Below are positions 50,635 to 63,640 of a stretch of 64,000 nucleotides of DNA, piece after piece. Under the pieces are notes generated by a model. That model made no database searches, was not told the DNA's origin, and was given only the letters and a program-made list of their open reading frames with translations. The DNA is from Styela clava. Lineage: Eukaryota. The position numbers and the translations under genes are program-made. Location: NCBI RefSeq assembly GCF_964204865.1, contig NC_135257.1:6696001-6760000 (forward strand), written 5' to 3'. How positions within the stretch are numbered: the stretch's first letter is position 1; each line of letters begins with the position of its first letter.

Positions 50635-53600
50635 GTCCAATGCCTGTGTCGGTTGGCGAATGAATAGCTTTGTGGGATTTTTATACAGGAATCTCTAACC
50701 AAAAGGCTGTATATAGTCTATTCCATTTCTACTGCAGGCTTTCACTACAAAATGATCCAAGACTATTTCAAATTAAATATCACGCTATAGCTGTTAACAG
50801 AAAAACGATTTGTCATCAAACTGACTCATAAAAAAAACATTCATATTACGTTTGAGAGAGTGCACATAATAATTAACTATTTTTTGGATCGCAATATGTT
50901 TGATGACATATTTAACAAAGGCTAAATCAGTACCAGTATCTGGGCAAAAATCCACGACAATAAGTGGAATATTATATGGCTATAGTTTCCACAACAAAAA
51001 CAGATGCTGTCCTGCTTGATTTCGCTATGATTAAGGCAAGTTTGACCTATCAGTGTCAAAAATCTGACACACAGCTTGCTAAAATATACGTTGAAATGTT
51101 ACGTCACTTTGATGATCTTATTCGTAACTGTGTAACAAATACGTAAGTGCCAATATGTTTCAACTGAAAAATACGATTAGACATTTTGCACAACTCTCGT
51201 CCAAATATTGTTTGTGACACTATCTATAATTCTATAAGATGATTTACACAGCATTCTTCCGGTACAAATTATCATTTCGCTGATCAAAAAGTAATGACAT
51301 ACATAACATTTCATGAAACTGTCCAGAATATTTTTTTACCTAAAATATGGCCAATTATGATCTTGTAGGGCCTACTTTCTACAAAATTGCTATAGCTATA
51401 ATATTCTGAGATATATGCATGGCCCAAAAGCGGAATTATGTCCGTACGTGTGCATGAGCTTGCAAGAGCTGAACGTTCCCATCTTTCTGTCCTACCCGAT
51501 AAGGGCATTACTGCTACGTGTCTGTGTGCTCTACCAACTGTGTTCTCGCGGTTCGTGGACGTGGTTCATATTCTCATATACACATAGACGCCAGTCCCTA
51601 ATTAACTAATTATTTCATAACTAATTAACCACCTATGTTGGAAGTCAAGCCTTAATCACTTTCTACCACGACTATCTAATAAGCCTGAAAGGTAGTATAG
51701 ATTAAGTTACGTACTGAATTTCCGCTTTCAAGTAATTTCTGACAAATATGTTGACGTATCGAATTCAAAATAGATAGTAAATTTGCCACATTACCTACCT
51801 CAATTCGCACATGTATTATATCGAGGAAAACTGTTTCTACCGCTTGCCAATCACCAAACATATTTTATGCCTAAGGAAAGGTTATTTTTCTGCCTGCTGT
51901 CGAAGCATACGGTTCCGATGTCATATAAGGAATTCCCCACCGAAGAAAGCGCTCGATTTCATCATACAAAACTAATTTTATAACTATGTATATACAATGC
52001 AGTAGAAATGTACTCAGTTCACCCAAGTCGATCTGTGCGCAATGTACCGAATAAATAAAGCATTTTAGGCCTCACAATCAAGAAAATGTTGTTGTTTAAA
52101 GTCAATTTATTTCTGTCAGCAAATCACTAGAGCGAGGCGTAACTTACTGAGAAGTACCGTATCACGAAATCCTTCAGTGTTCCATACTATAATACGCCTT
52201 CGCCTTAATTTGATCGAGGTACTACGCGGAGTAACGATGAGTATTGCGTTCGCTAAACTATTTTCCGGTGCTAAACAATGACCGCGCTTTTGATTGTGAA
52301 TTCAGGCATGCCTATAACGACGTATTATAGCTTGAATTTATGAGTTTCGGTTCGAGTAATTAATACCATTTTGACGTATTTTAGAGGTATTTATCACAAG
52401 CATTACTATTAAAAAATATATATAAGCTTTCAAGGCAGCAATGTTTCATCTTGTGCTGAGCAGAAATTGCTTAGGAATGCTGGAATTTTTGTATAACGGC
52501 GAATCTTAAAATTTGATAGAATTGTTTTATTTTGAAGCTGCTGAGAAATTCTGGAATAAATGGCTAGGATTCTGCTCCCCTACTCCCGCTTTGATGCCTG
52601 TCTTGTCATTCTGTGACATCAAACCTTTTTAAGCTAACGCTAATTGGTCCTGGTTTTGCATGATTCAAACCGTTACATGCATAGAAAATAAACCGGATCT
52701 TTTGTACAAAGCCCCCGCAAAAACAGCCTTGCCAACGCTGAAAAAAAGAAAATTAGTAATCATCTTGTCAGGGTTTTCGTTAGTGATGCAGACTGCGCTG
52801 GTACTTCAAATTTTATAATCATTCCTAACCCCAACTGGATAATTACTAATTTGTTATTTGAAAACATACGGGCGGTTTTTCTCGAATCCCACATTTTTGC
52901 ATTAATGGCGGAGGCATTGTACAAAAGATTCAATAAACCTTTTGGATAATCTAATCATATGTTTCTAATAAAGGAACTGCCATCAAACACTCTGGTAATA
53001 ACTGGTGTTCCTGGCATATACATGTCACAAAAAATGTCCATGCTTAATTATGATGAGAGGCACATGAAAGGAATTATTTGCCCTGGGTTTGAAAATCTAA
53101 TGGTGCATCACCCACATCAAATGGTGCCCAAAATAATTTCTGGCAATATGTAGAAAATGCGTACAGAATCGAAAAGCTTAAGAAGCACCGCGTAAGGACG
53201 ATACTGTCGGAAAATAGGTTGGATATTTGTTTCAAATACGTAAATACTACAAATAGTTATCATTATATCGAAAATTAGTATGAACTATGTCACTTCATGA
53301 ATTGTAGCATTAATAAAATTGATAGACATATTAGCTCAATCGATAAACAAGCGCAATCTAATCTCGTTTTCTTTCTAAACTACACTTCTCTTCTGACACA
53401 ACTAGTCGTTTTGAAATGTGATAATGTTCTTCTTTTCGGGATTGACTGACACAACTGAAAAACGCTTTTCTCATTTCATGAGTCAGCACACGCACTATTG
53501 TTATGAAATTATTGAATATCCAATGACAATGGCTACGAGCGAAAACTTTGTGGAAGTCTGTTTTTATTGTACGTCCATTTCGCATTTGTCACGAGACTAT

Positions 53601-55146
53601 TGTGTAAAGGAGGATTAACATCCTCCCTTTTGTTAATCTGAAGGCAATGTTATTGTAATTCTCAATTGACCTGAATATCATAATAAAAGAATCTCAGCAG
53701 TTGGTCATTTTTGGTAAGTGACGTGCATGTTCCCAATTAGTAAACTTGATTTTTCATTTCGCATCGTAATACACATAGTATATTATTATTTTTATGACTC
53801 TGTTGAAGTTACATTTCTTGGCTGAAATATTTTATTAAATAATTTCAAGTCACACAGCACGATTTTGTCACATTGAAGCTACATCATACGCTGTTAATTA
53901 ACCAGGTAAAAACTTTTCTTCAATAAAAATGATATTGTTTTAGCAGCGATCGTTCTTTAACATGTTTATAACTTTAGTAATAGGATATACTTTAATTGCG
54001 GGGTTACCTAACTACGAATGTAGTATTCTGGTATAAAAACATGCTTATATATATATGCTATACCAGGGCTTCCCAAACTTTTGAGCTCGCAGCCCCTTTT
54101 AACATATTAAAATTTTTAACGGCCCTTGTCCACGTTGATAATGCTAAACAGTTCGAAATATGCATTTTTGATATCTTATTGGCACAGCTAATTCTCAACT
54201 ATTATTATATCCTTACCAAATAAAAAACAAGCACACATTTATTCAAATTAACGTTACTCAATTATTCAGTGTAATGGGTGCGAATGCTTTTGCTGTATAG
54301 CAAGTCCAGCCGTTGTTCAATGTTTGTTTATGCAGGCCTAAATGATGAATTATGATGTCTGGCCAGTGGCCACTGACGACATGGTCCTCATCTCGAGTTG
54401 TTCACTCTTATAGATCGAACTTAGCGTAAGGCAGCGGTTTGTACGACGCCAAATTATCAGGGGAAAAACTCATGGCGCACCTACACGAAAAATATGCTGC
54501 CTCAAAACACAATTTTGTCATCGTTAATATGTACTTTATGTCTTTTGAGGGTTTTAAACATGTAGGTCTAAGAAATAAAGGCAAAAGGTTAACGTTTCTT
54601 TCTTATCTCTGCCAGGTTTTTCTTTAAAATGCTAAAAAAAATCATGTTTGATAATCTCGGTTCAGCAAATGAATAAACTGCAGCCTATGAAATTGCAGCA
54701 TGTAGGGTTTACCTCTTATCTTACGTGTAACAGAAAGTAAACAACAAATGGTAAAATGAATTTGATTCTATTACAATCATTATTTGATTCCCAGATACTG
54801 TTTGTTACGGGCTATCTTAGATTCTATACTTCACTTTTGGTCTCTTAAAATGCTATATTATAACTCTTTTTTTGAGACTTACTGTGAATCTGATTGTCAT
54901 ATCAGGTATTTTATGTATTTATTGCGTTATTTTAGTTTTGCTTATGTTTATTTGTTGTGTTGTTTTTATATGGACCACAGCGGTCTGGAGTAATAAACGA
55001 ATTGAATTTGCAACAATCAGAGACAATAAAACATTTAGAATAAATATAATATGTAATATGTTTCGAGGCGCACTCAGCAAATCGCCCTCGAAAACCGCTA
55101 GCTTAAGGATTGAAGCCGTCATTGTTATGCAAGCGCGATGATTCTA

Positions 55147-56058
55147 CCGTGTTTCCCCGAGTATAAGACCAGGCCTGAATTTTAACAAGGATGTTAATAT
55201 ATAAGCTCGCCTTTAAAAAAGACTTACTTAGTCGATAGCGTAACTATTGTTTTTTACTTAATCCCGTGGAAGTGCGTCGTTTCAATTTTGCTAGGGCGTC
55301 GCGAAATTTTGTGATCCGTGAACGTTTCAACCAAACCATATCTTCTACTGTTACAAAAAATTTTGTTTCGTATTTATATGAAGCAGTCTTTCTACCAGGG
55401 GCCATCAAATGCGATTTCACTGACTGTCGTGACGTTTTGTTTGTTACTTATCGATTTTAATCGGTAAGTATGTTGATAGGTATTTGTCTGTCTGTATGTC
55501 TGTTTATTTGTCTGTTAGATGCACGTGATATCTCACGAAAGCGTGATTGAATCTCGGACTTATCTTATCACGAATCATCTTATCTCGGACCAGAAGCCTA
55601 TTGATTTTTGGCGAATTATGTCGTATAATTAGCGAGTTATTAATTAATTAGTGATGGGACACAAGGTGTCTCTATGGAGTAAGAGCGCTGTTTTGGGATC
55701 CCCTAACTTTCGATCGATAAGTCTTCGGTCTCTGACCGATATTCTCGTTTATATGATCAATACGTATTTTCACGGGAGTCGATACTTGAGCATATTTTTG
55801 GAGGGCTTCACAATACAATGAAGTTCGAGAACCACTCAGTCTCAGTCGATAGCAAGAAATCTTTTCTACTTTTTAAATGGTTAATAATCTATATTTAGTA
55901 GTTATTTTAAATAAAAACGTACTATTTATAAGCAAATGGAAATCGGTATACATATTTTGTATAATAAAAAATCTCGGTATTCTCTATCCCCAATAAAAGC
56001 CCTAGTGTTATTTTCGAAATAAAATTGAAGACAGTGTCTTATTTTCCGGGAAACACGA
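55147..56058. mobile_element. Tc1/mariner-pogo-like MITE
   Basis: TA|CCGTGTTTCCCCGAGTATAAGAC ... GTCTTATTTTCCGGGAAACACGA|TA, i.e. imperfect TIRs of about 23 bp with a TA duplication. Confidence 0.8.
55446..55750 (+). mobile_element. DINE-1/HINE-like Helentron-associated element, family B
   Basis: 5' subTIR ACTTATCGAT with adjacent inverted partner AATCGGTAAGT, a (GTCT)n-like microsatellite, 3' subTIR ATCGATAAGT, terminal hairpin TCGGTC-TCT-GACCGA and a T-rich end. Confidence 0.8.
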
Positions 56059-56910
56059 TATTATGATGATGTATTCACTCGGAATCGTGAAATTTTTGAT
56101 TTACACTATTTTTAATAATTGTATTTCGCATCAAGAGTCTAAAAAGTACAATTGATATGGTACTTTGTGTAAAATTGTTGCTCTTTTCGCGGCCCCTAAA
56201 ATTTGTTTCGCGGCCTCTTCGAGGGCCGCGGCCCCTAGTTTGGGAAGCCCTGTGCTATACTGATTACTGACCATGTCAAAAATAAATAAAAATTTGTTGA
56301 ATAGTCGCGGACTCTGGCTGTTTTTATTGCGGAGTCGTTAGAAAAGTATGTTTTGCATGCAAATAGAACAAAAATGATATTTTCAATCACAAATAATTTC
56401 ATAGGCCATTTTTTAAAACAAATCAAGATCACGCCGTACAGATAAATTTGCCGATTATTATGTAGCTTCGAAAAATCAATCAATATTAATCGGCAAATTT
56501 ACGTCAATTTTTAAAACAAATCAAGAATGCGTAAATTTGCCGATTATTATTCAGTTTGGATCATTCTCTCGGTGAATCTTCAGAGATAGCCCGTTGAGAC
56601 GTTTCTTTCCTTGTGGGTCGCAAATAGGCTTGCTTTTATGGCAGGTACAGTGTCGAATGTTTTCAAAAGTATTGGCAAAACGGTCTTCCAAAAATACACT
56701 TCGTATCCAATAAAGTGTTGAAATAAATACTCAAAGTGTTTTCAAGAACATCAAGTTTATATTGTGGCTCTTCATTCAATGGATTGTCGACCTCATGCCT
56801 GATATCCTGGTGCCAGTAGACGCAGCGTTATTCAATCTGTTTTTTGAGTATCTAATTTGTCATTTACTGAACAAGGTCGGGTATGTTAACTTTGTCGGAG
56901 TGTATGAAGT

Positions 56911-56978
56911 GGGCTGCAGTGTAGTTTGTTGACTATCAGCAAAGTGTAGTAGGGCTGCAGTGTAGTTTGTTGACTATC
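56911..56978 (+). repeat. 27-bp direct repeat, two copies
   Basis: GGGCTGCAGTGTAGTTTGTTGACTATC at 56911-56937 and 56952-56978. Confidence 0.85.
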
Positions 56979-58446
56979 TGTCGTGGATGAGATATTCACG
57001 TACACATTGTCTCCAAAAATGCACAGCATTAAATAACGACTAGTGAAAAAATTATTAAAGATGCACATAGGATCCGAATTATGCTCCGAGCAAGCGACTC
57101 GTCAAAGTGTATGTCTTTGTTCATATACACATAACTCAAGTAAAAGTAGCTCCTAAAGCATGGGTATGCTCATCGACATATTGTAAACTAGGCTAACCAT
57201 AAAAACAACTACTAAACGTGGCATTATCAAGACTTTCTTGTATGCACTTTGTACAAGCATGAAAAGTTCATTCATACACTTGCGCTTAAGCTCCGCAAAA
57301 GCCATTGTCCGGCTATGATTCAAACTATGGGGTTTTGCCCTACGGCTTACACTATCTCTTCTCACTAGACTCTTCAGATGCATCTGCTGGAAATTTGTGT
57401 GAACATTGACATGTCAAATTACACCGTATATACTGTGCAGGTATGTTCATCACACCATCGCCCTCTTTTCCACCATATCTTCGGTCACGGAACCCCACTA
57501 TAGTATTGAGTAATTGCGCTTAGATAGATTACCGGTAGTTCAAAACCAATGTGTATACAAACACCACCAAACTGTTTAGTAGTTGTCTAGACAGAGCCTT
57601 GTTCAGTTCATTGCAAAGTTGAAAACGAACACTTTTACAGGTTATAGAGATAGACAGGTTATATATAGATTATATAGTTCAAAGGGACATCTCCACGATT
57701 CGAATATGTTACTTATATATACACTAAATGTGTTGATGAACACTCTCACATTTCCGAGTAGTTGCTTGTCCAGACAGTAGTTCAAAACGAATGAGTGACG
57801 ACAACGCATCGGCAAATAGTATATAATATTTTTGGAACTTTGACATGATACAAAAAAATTAACAAGACAGACACACAGTACGAAAATTTGTCGAACAAAT
57901 ATAGGCTATGAACATAAGATAAAAAAGTACTACACAGAAAATCGCCTCTTGTGATATAGAATAAAGGGGAAAAAACGCGATCACATATTTACCTACAATC
58001 GAGATTCAAGCCTGTGATCATACACCAATACAAGAGATTTATGCTCGAATATATGCACCATGTCCAAAACGAAGTAGTATCTTTCACCGTACTGGTGGGT
58101 CTCCTTAAAAACTCCCCACAATGCTGACCACCAAATCGCAGAAATGCGATCGCGGAAGGCCACAGGGCGCGCAATGTGTATTTTTCATGCTGTTATGACA
58201 CAAAACTTCAAAGTGAAAAACGAATCGCCCACAGAAATATTTGAAATAAATAGAAGTAATAGCTTTATAGCGACAACTTTTTTTCTAACTGCTGGAACAA
58301 TTTTACTGAAATACTGGAATACTGAAAAGAACAACAACAAATTTAACAAAACGATCCATAGATTCATTTTGTGTAGAAAATAAGTAGAAAGGACAAACTA
58401 TTAGTTACTTTTAAAATGAGCTTTGTACTTGTGATAATATGGGTAA

Positions 58447-60524
58447 TAAACCGCGAGCCGAGGCCCTGGAAAACGCCTAGAAAGTGAGTTTCGTAGCGCA
58501 CATCAGGTAACTACCTGAAAATGATTTTGAAATGTTCCTTAAAAATTTACTAACAAATATTGCCTTGTTCCCACTTCCAAAAGTTGCACGTTCTACGGAA
58601 AAGACGCTTTTACTACAAGAAATATGTGCTACGATCTGTCCTATATTCTCTACATTTTCGGCAATGAACAATGACTTCTGCATGACGTAACAGTTGAATC
58701 GAATCAGCTGTTAGCGAGCGGATGAATATTAGTTATTACTGCTCGACCTTGCGTTGAGTTGGGCAGCCTTTCCATAGCCCTGTTTAGTTATTATTGGACA
58801 CGTTTAGTGGCCATAACGATCGTTTCAAAATTTTGTTGTTATTGTTATTCTTGTTATTTGTCTCCGTCTCCATTTTTAAAAAATCGCTTTTCTCTTCGAA
58901 TACTGGACCAATTGCTTTGATATTTTCAGTGGTTAAAAATTTTTCTCCAGAAGGCTATCACTTTTTTTTTCCGCTATGACGTCATCAAAATTATTGCCAC
59001 TGGGTGGCGCTACGTGTCCATATATTTGAGCATAGCTCTCATGTTAGTTAAGTTATTCTAAGACGTTGTTGAAAAATGTATAAGTAAGTTATTAAACACT
59101 TGTAGATCCTTACCACAGATATGGGCCGTGAGACGAAGCCTTGAAAACGTCCAGAAAATGAGTTTCGTAGCGCACATCTGGTAACTAAATAAATTCTTCA
59201 GTTTTGTGTGAAAATGAACATACTGAACGCATTACAGCTTGTTCCACAATCCTGATGCGAAATTGAATATAAGGGGTTCCCGGAAATTCAATAACCATAA
59301 GTTTACAACACATACATAAGAACTATGCAATTCGAGAGCCCCACAGCACACTAACACAAATGTATTCCTGTAATGCTTTGCCTGACCAAAATCGGACTTC
59401 CTCAGTCAATCATAATTTATTAGGTAGATTACGAAAAATATGGCATACATGTAACCAACAACAAAAAATACTTTAATTGTGTGACAGGAGTCGCGAGTGA
59501 ACTCGAAAGCAGCGACACCAACATCGCTGATTCACATTAGCGAATAAATTTTATGTAATAACCACAAACAGTTTACAACAAGAACAGCATAAAAAGCGAC
59601 ATCCATTTTATAGAAGCTATCAAAGGTATTTATTTTTAAGCAATGAAGTCACAAATTAACATCGTGAGCACGAAAACACAAAAAAATCAGTTATTTCTCA
59701 CTTAGAAATTTCTCAATTAGAAAGTCAAGAAAATTATATGAATGTACAATATGTACATAACATAGTGAACAGAAATATTACAATTAGTCCTCTTTTAGTT
59801 TATGTGGTTATGTATTTGAACAAAGGCAATATTATTTCTAGGAACAGGACTACGACAATAACAAATGTCCGAAAAAACAAACAAATAAATGATACTTATT
59901 AAATCAACTGCAATATCTAATTCACTTTCTTCTGAATTGTTTTCGAAATCCACTATCTCGAAAATCGACTTTTCCTCTAAGAGTGTACTGTGATTTTTGC
60001 AGTCAATACAAAAACAAAAATTTGTGCAATATAAGTTGATTTTGGCACACTTGCATACATTATTTTGACTATTTTTTTTATATACTTGCAGTTTGCCAAC
60101 TCAAGAACTGATTTGAGGGCCACATGCTTCTTCAGTGAATCATTGTTGGGTGGGAGAGTATAATCCTTATGTTTGCCAGTGTTAAATAGACGTGCCCTGG
60201 TATCATTTACATTCTTCATATCCTCTTCATACAGTGAACAAACAAATTCCTCAGCTTTATTTATTAATGCCTCATTAACCTCAAAAGATCTTCATAGTTG
60301 AGAATAAAATGAACTGAAAACCCCAATGAAGGAGAAAATAGGACAGATGGTAACACATATTTATTGTAGTAAAGCGTTTTTTCTGTAAAACGTGCAACTT
60401 TTGGAAGTGGGAACAAGGCAATATTTGTTACTAAATTTCTAAGGAACATTTTAAAATCATTTTCAGGTAGTTACCTTATGTGCGCTACGAAACTGAAAGA
60501 TAAATGGCCTCGGCTCGCGGCCTA
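58447..60524 (-). mobile_element. Academ-like DNA transposon relic with TIRs of about 200 bp
   Basis: 58447-~58650 is an inverted copy of ~60332-60524. The right end reads ...CGCGGCCTA (TAG terminus) and both flanks are TAA. Relic peptide KAEEFVCSLYEEDMKNVNDTRARLF...LPPNNDSLKKH (- strand, about 60120-60258). An extra terminus copy lies at 59122-59187. The superfamily call is from recall. Confidence 0.6.
58794..59045 (+). mobile_element. HINE-like element, family A
   Basis: TTGGACACG...CATAACGATCGTTTCAA, (TTG/TTC)n, shared body, CGTGTCCATATATTTGAGCATAGCTCTC. Reverse complement of the 12355-12582 unit. Confidence 0.8.
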
Positions 60525-60700
60525 TAAGTAAAAAAAACATGATTCGCGGCCCGCACACAATACTGTACACTGAATGCATCGGCATTCGGTACGTACCGAA
60601 TTTTTCAGCTATGGAAAGTAACTTATCCAGTGTCTCGCATTATATACGGAATTATCGTAAACATGTGGTACGTCGATACAATAATCTACGATAGTTAGTT

Positions 60701-61075
60701 TTTGGACACGTTTAGTGGACATAACGATCGTTTCAATATTATGTTGTTATTGTTATTATTTGTTTACATCATTTTTTAAAAATCGCTTTTCTCTTCGAAT
60801 ACTGGACCAATTGCTTTGAAATTTTCTGTGAGTAAAGATTGATTTTTTTGCCAGAAGGCTATTACTTTTATTTATTTATAAATTTCGCATGAAATCTGAT
60901 ATTTCGTCTAAAATTTTGCTGTATTATTTTATCCATGGGAACACTGGCTGTCCGGTTTGATTCTGTAAATTATTTCTACGCGAAACTCGGAATTTTTTGT
61001 GGGTACCGGTGGCGTCAAAGGTAAATACTGCTTCGCTCTGGGAACGTGTTCATATATTTGAGCACAGCTCTCTTG
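60701..61075 (+). mobile_element. HINE-like element, family A
   Basis: Same termini and body as 58794-59045 and as the reverse complement of 10441-10813. Confidence 0.8.
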
Positions 61076-61459
61076 TAGTAATATTATGGTGCATCCGGTG
61101 AAGATTTCGAAGCACTTTCTGCAATGGACATTGCTGTCGACTATGATGATATGTACAAATAATCCCTGTGTTTAGGCAAAAGTGGGATTTCCCATAAGCC
61201 TAAACTGGAATATTTCGTAAGATTTGACATAAAATAATTTAGTACCGTAAATTATTCGTTGACAATACTGAGCTCTGGTTCAGGTCCGGATTTCATAACT
61301 TTTCGACTCCGCGACATTTTCTTCTCGGTATCGTCTTTTGGCGGGCGAGTGCTCAGCTAACGTTGGTGGTGAATGTTTTGAACCTTTGCAGTTGCCGCTT
61401 TACGCTTATTGCCAATTTCGTTTACACCACTAGTCTAGCTATTTACAACAATTTCAGTA

Positions 61460-63640
61460 ATGGATATAGTCGAATCGCGAGAAGATCTTCAGACAAAATT
61501 TGGTAAGTTAACGGTATCGTTACCGTACGGTATGGCCGGTGGGCAGTTCATGTTTCATTGTTTCGTCGTTCTGTACTGGTACCGTACGGCACCGTACTTT
61601 CAGTGTAATATGTACCGTACGACTGTATGTGCCGGTACTCAGATATGTACTGTCTACTGGTCAAATGTTTGAATTTAGCCTAGCCTACTGTATGGGCAAT
61701 TCTTTGATGCTAGGAATCTGTTGTTTGAATGAAACCGTTATGCACTTATGGTACTCACAAACGTACCGTAACGGTACCGTTCTGCAGTACTGGCAGACTG
61801 GAGCGAACTCACTCCAACCGCTGAACTTCCTAACAATAGGCTATAGCCCAGTCGCACACGGGTCAGTGCTGCAATTGCTCCTTCTATTAAGTCAATACGA
61901 CCTTGTTTCTCTGATAACATAGATTGGATGAGTTCAAATAAAATATTTACTGGCCCTGGTGCTACATTCGGAAATTTGGAATATTTTTCATTTATATGCT
62001 TATATTATGAGTTGAACGAATTATTGTAAGTAGAGAGTCCACCCCTACACTAACTCACATTTTCAGCTGGCACTTTTGGTACCAGTATAATGACTTTCGA
62101 ATCTTCCATATATTTTCCATATTTTTGCATTTTCACAGTATTTTTGTTATTAATAATCATCTGTCTATACAACTGTACAAGAGATACATCCGTTTGGAGC
62201 CCGTTAGTCAAAACTCTCAAACTTTTCCTTATGTACGCCTATATACTTTGCCTCAAATACAATTTTTTCAATTTACATACAAAATATGTCAAAATATTTA
62301 ATTACTGAATTTTCTAATTTATAAGGATCCACATCCCTAAAATGACCACGACGGATTGATGCATTTATGAATTTAATAATATATCTATATGGACATTTTA
62401 AATTCTAATTTGTATGATGCTTCGTGCAAATCGAATATCCTTATTTGTCTAATCATTGAATCATCAATTTTATTTCTGCAGATCCACAAGCCAAAAAACG
62501 CTGGGTTGTTATTTTCATCTCAGCTTCAGCAATTATTTCTATTTGTGCTATCATAACAGTGCTTGTTGTGGGTAAGATTTTCTTTGCAAGGATAAATAAT
62601 CAGGTGTATAAAGTGCAAGTTATGACATTTCAATTTGGATATCGGCACCATTTAATTGTATTTTTTATTCCACCTGCTGTCTGGTGTTATATGTGAAGCT
62701 ATATCAAAATAGCTCTCAACAGTTGATGATGAACTACATTTATAGTTAACCATTTTCATAATGCATACAGAGGCAGACATAAAAACAGTTCTATTTCTTC
62801 AAACTGGTTTTCAGTTCAAAATTCTTTCATGTTGTTTTACAGCAAAAACAGAAACTATAACTGTGTTGAAAGATTGCCATGTTGAATTCAAAGGTGATCC
62901 TGTTGGAATCAATGAATGCCTGAGTATGTTCACTGTTTGCTAGACGGGATACAATTTTAAAATGCAGTGATTAAAGTGTAGTGTTTCGTACAGATTATTC
63001 ACTTTACAATTTAGACATGGTTTAGTATTGTCTGGGATACATTATAAGTTTTTATGAACCTTTATTCAATGATATCTGAAAATGTTTGCTTGAAAATGCG
63101 TCATATGTGATGATGCCTTTATAAATGTAGTATATCTCACCAGTGGGAGTTCCAGACTATATATTGTCAATTATGGTCAGAAAGTTTGTATCAAAAGGTA
63201 TTCACAGATGGCCTATGATCAAGATGTACCGGTATATGTCCTTTACTTTTCTCCATGTTATTTGACAAATCAAGTTTTTTTCAATTTGGTTCACTGGAAA
63301 AAATTTATTAGTTTAACAAGACTATTGCAGCCATATGTCAAATACCCGATATGGTAACTCGATGAGCGATTGTGGCATGCCGTATGATTAAGTGTATATC
63401 GCCTTTCCTCTCCCCCAGCAATTGATATTGCATCCTTGTCTTGTAACTAGTATTATTAATATTATTTTTACCTATTCAGAGTCACATTGTAGATTTGATA
63501 CCGAGGTTTGTTCATCTCCATGTCCATTTGGTTATGAGACAAATGACAGAGATTGTCAGATTAGTTGTGAATGCGCAAGCGAAGGTGTATTTGAAGGAGA
63601 TATAAGATTTGATATGGATAGTCTTCCTACATTTTTAAAG
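61460..63640 (+). CDS. Second astacin-like paralogue, 5' part (continues beyond the window)
   Basis: Exons 61460-61502, 62482-62571 (TM: WVVIFISASAIISICAIITVLVV), 62843-62923 and 63480-63640 (CSSPCPFGYETNDRDCQISCEC, FEGDI). Exon order and phases match the 38014 gene. The catalytic domain is not in the window. Confidence 0.82.

Larger units (their letters stand above)
54064..56252. mobile_element. Non-autonomous hAT (Buster-type) element hosting nested insertions
   Basis: TIRs CAGGGCTTCCCAAACT / AGTTTGGGAAGCCCTG. Perfect TSD TGCTATAC (54056-54063, 56253-56260). Confidence 0.95.

Noticed and set aside
56500-58200. Coding-looking sequence with broken ORFs
   Set aside because: Frames I translated are interrupted by stops and show no identifiable family; possibly a decayed element.
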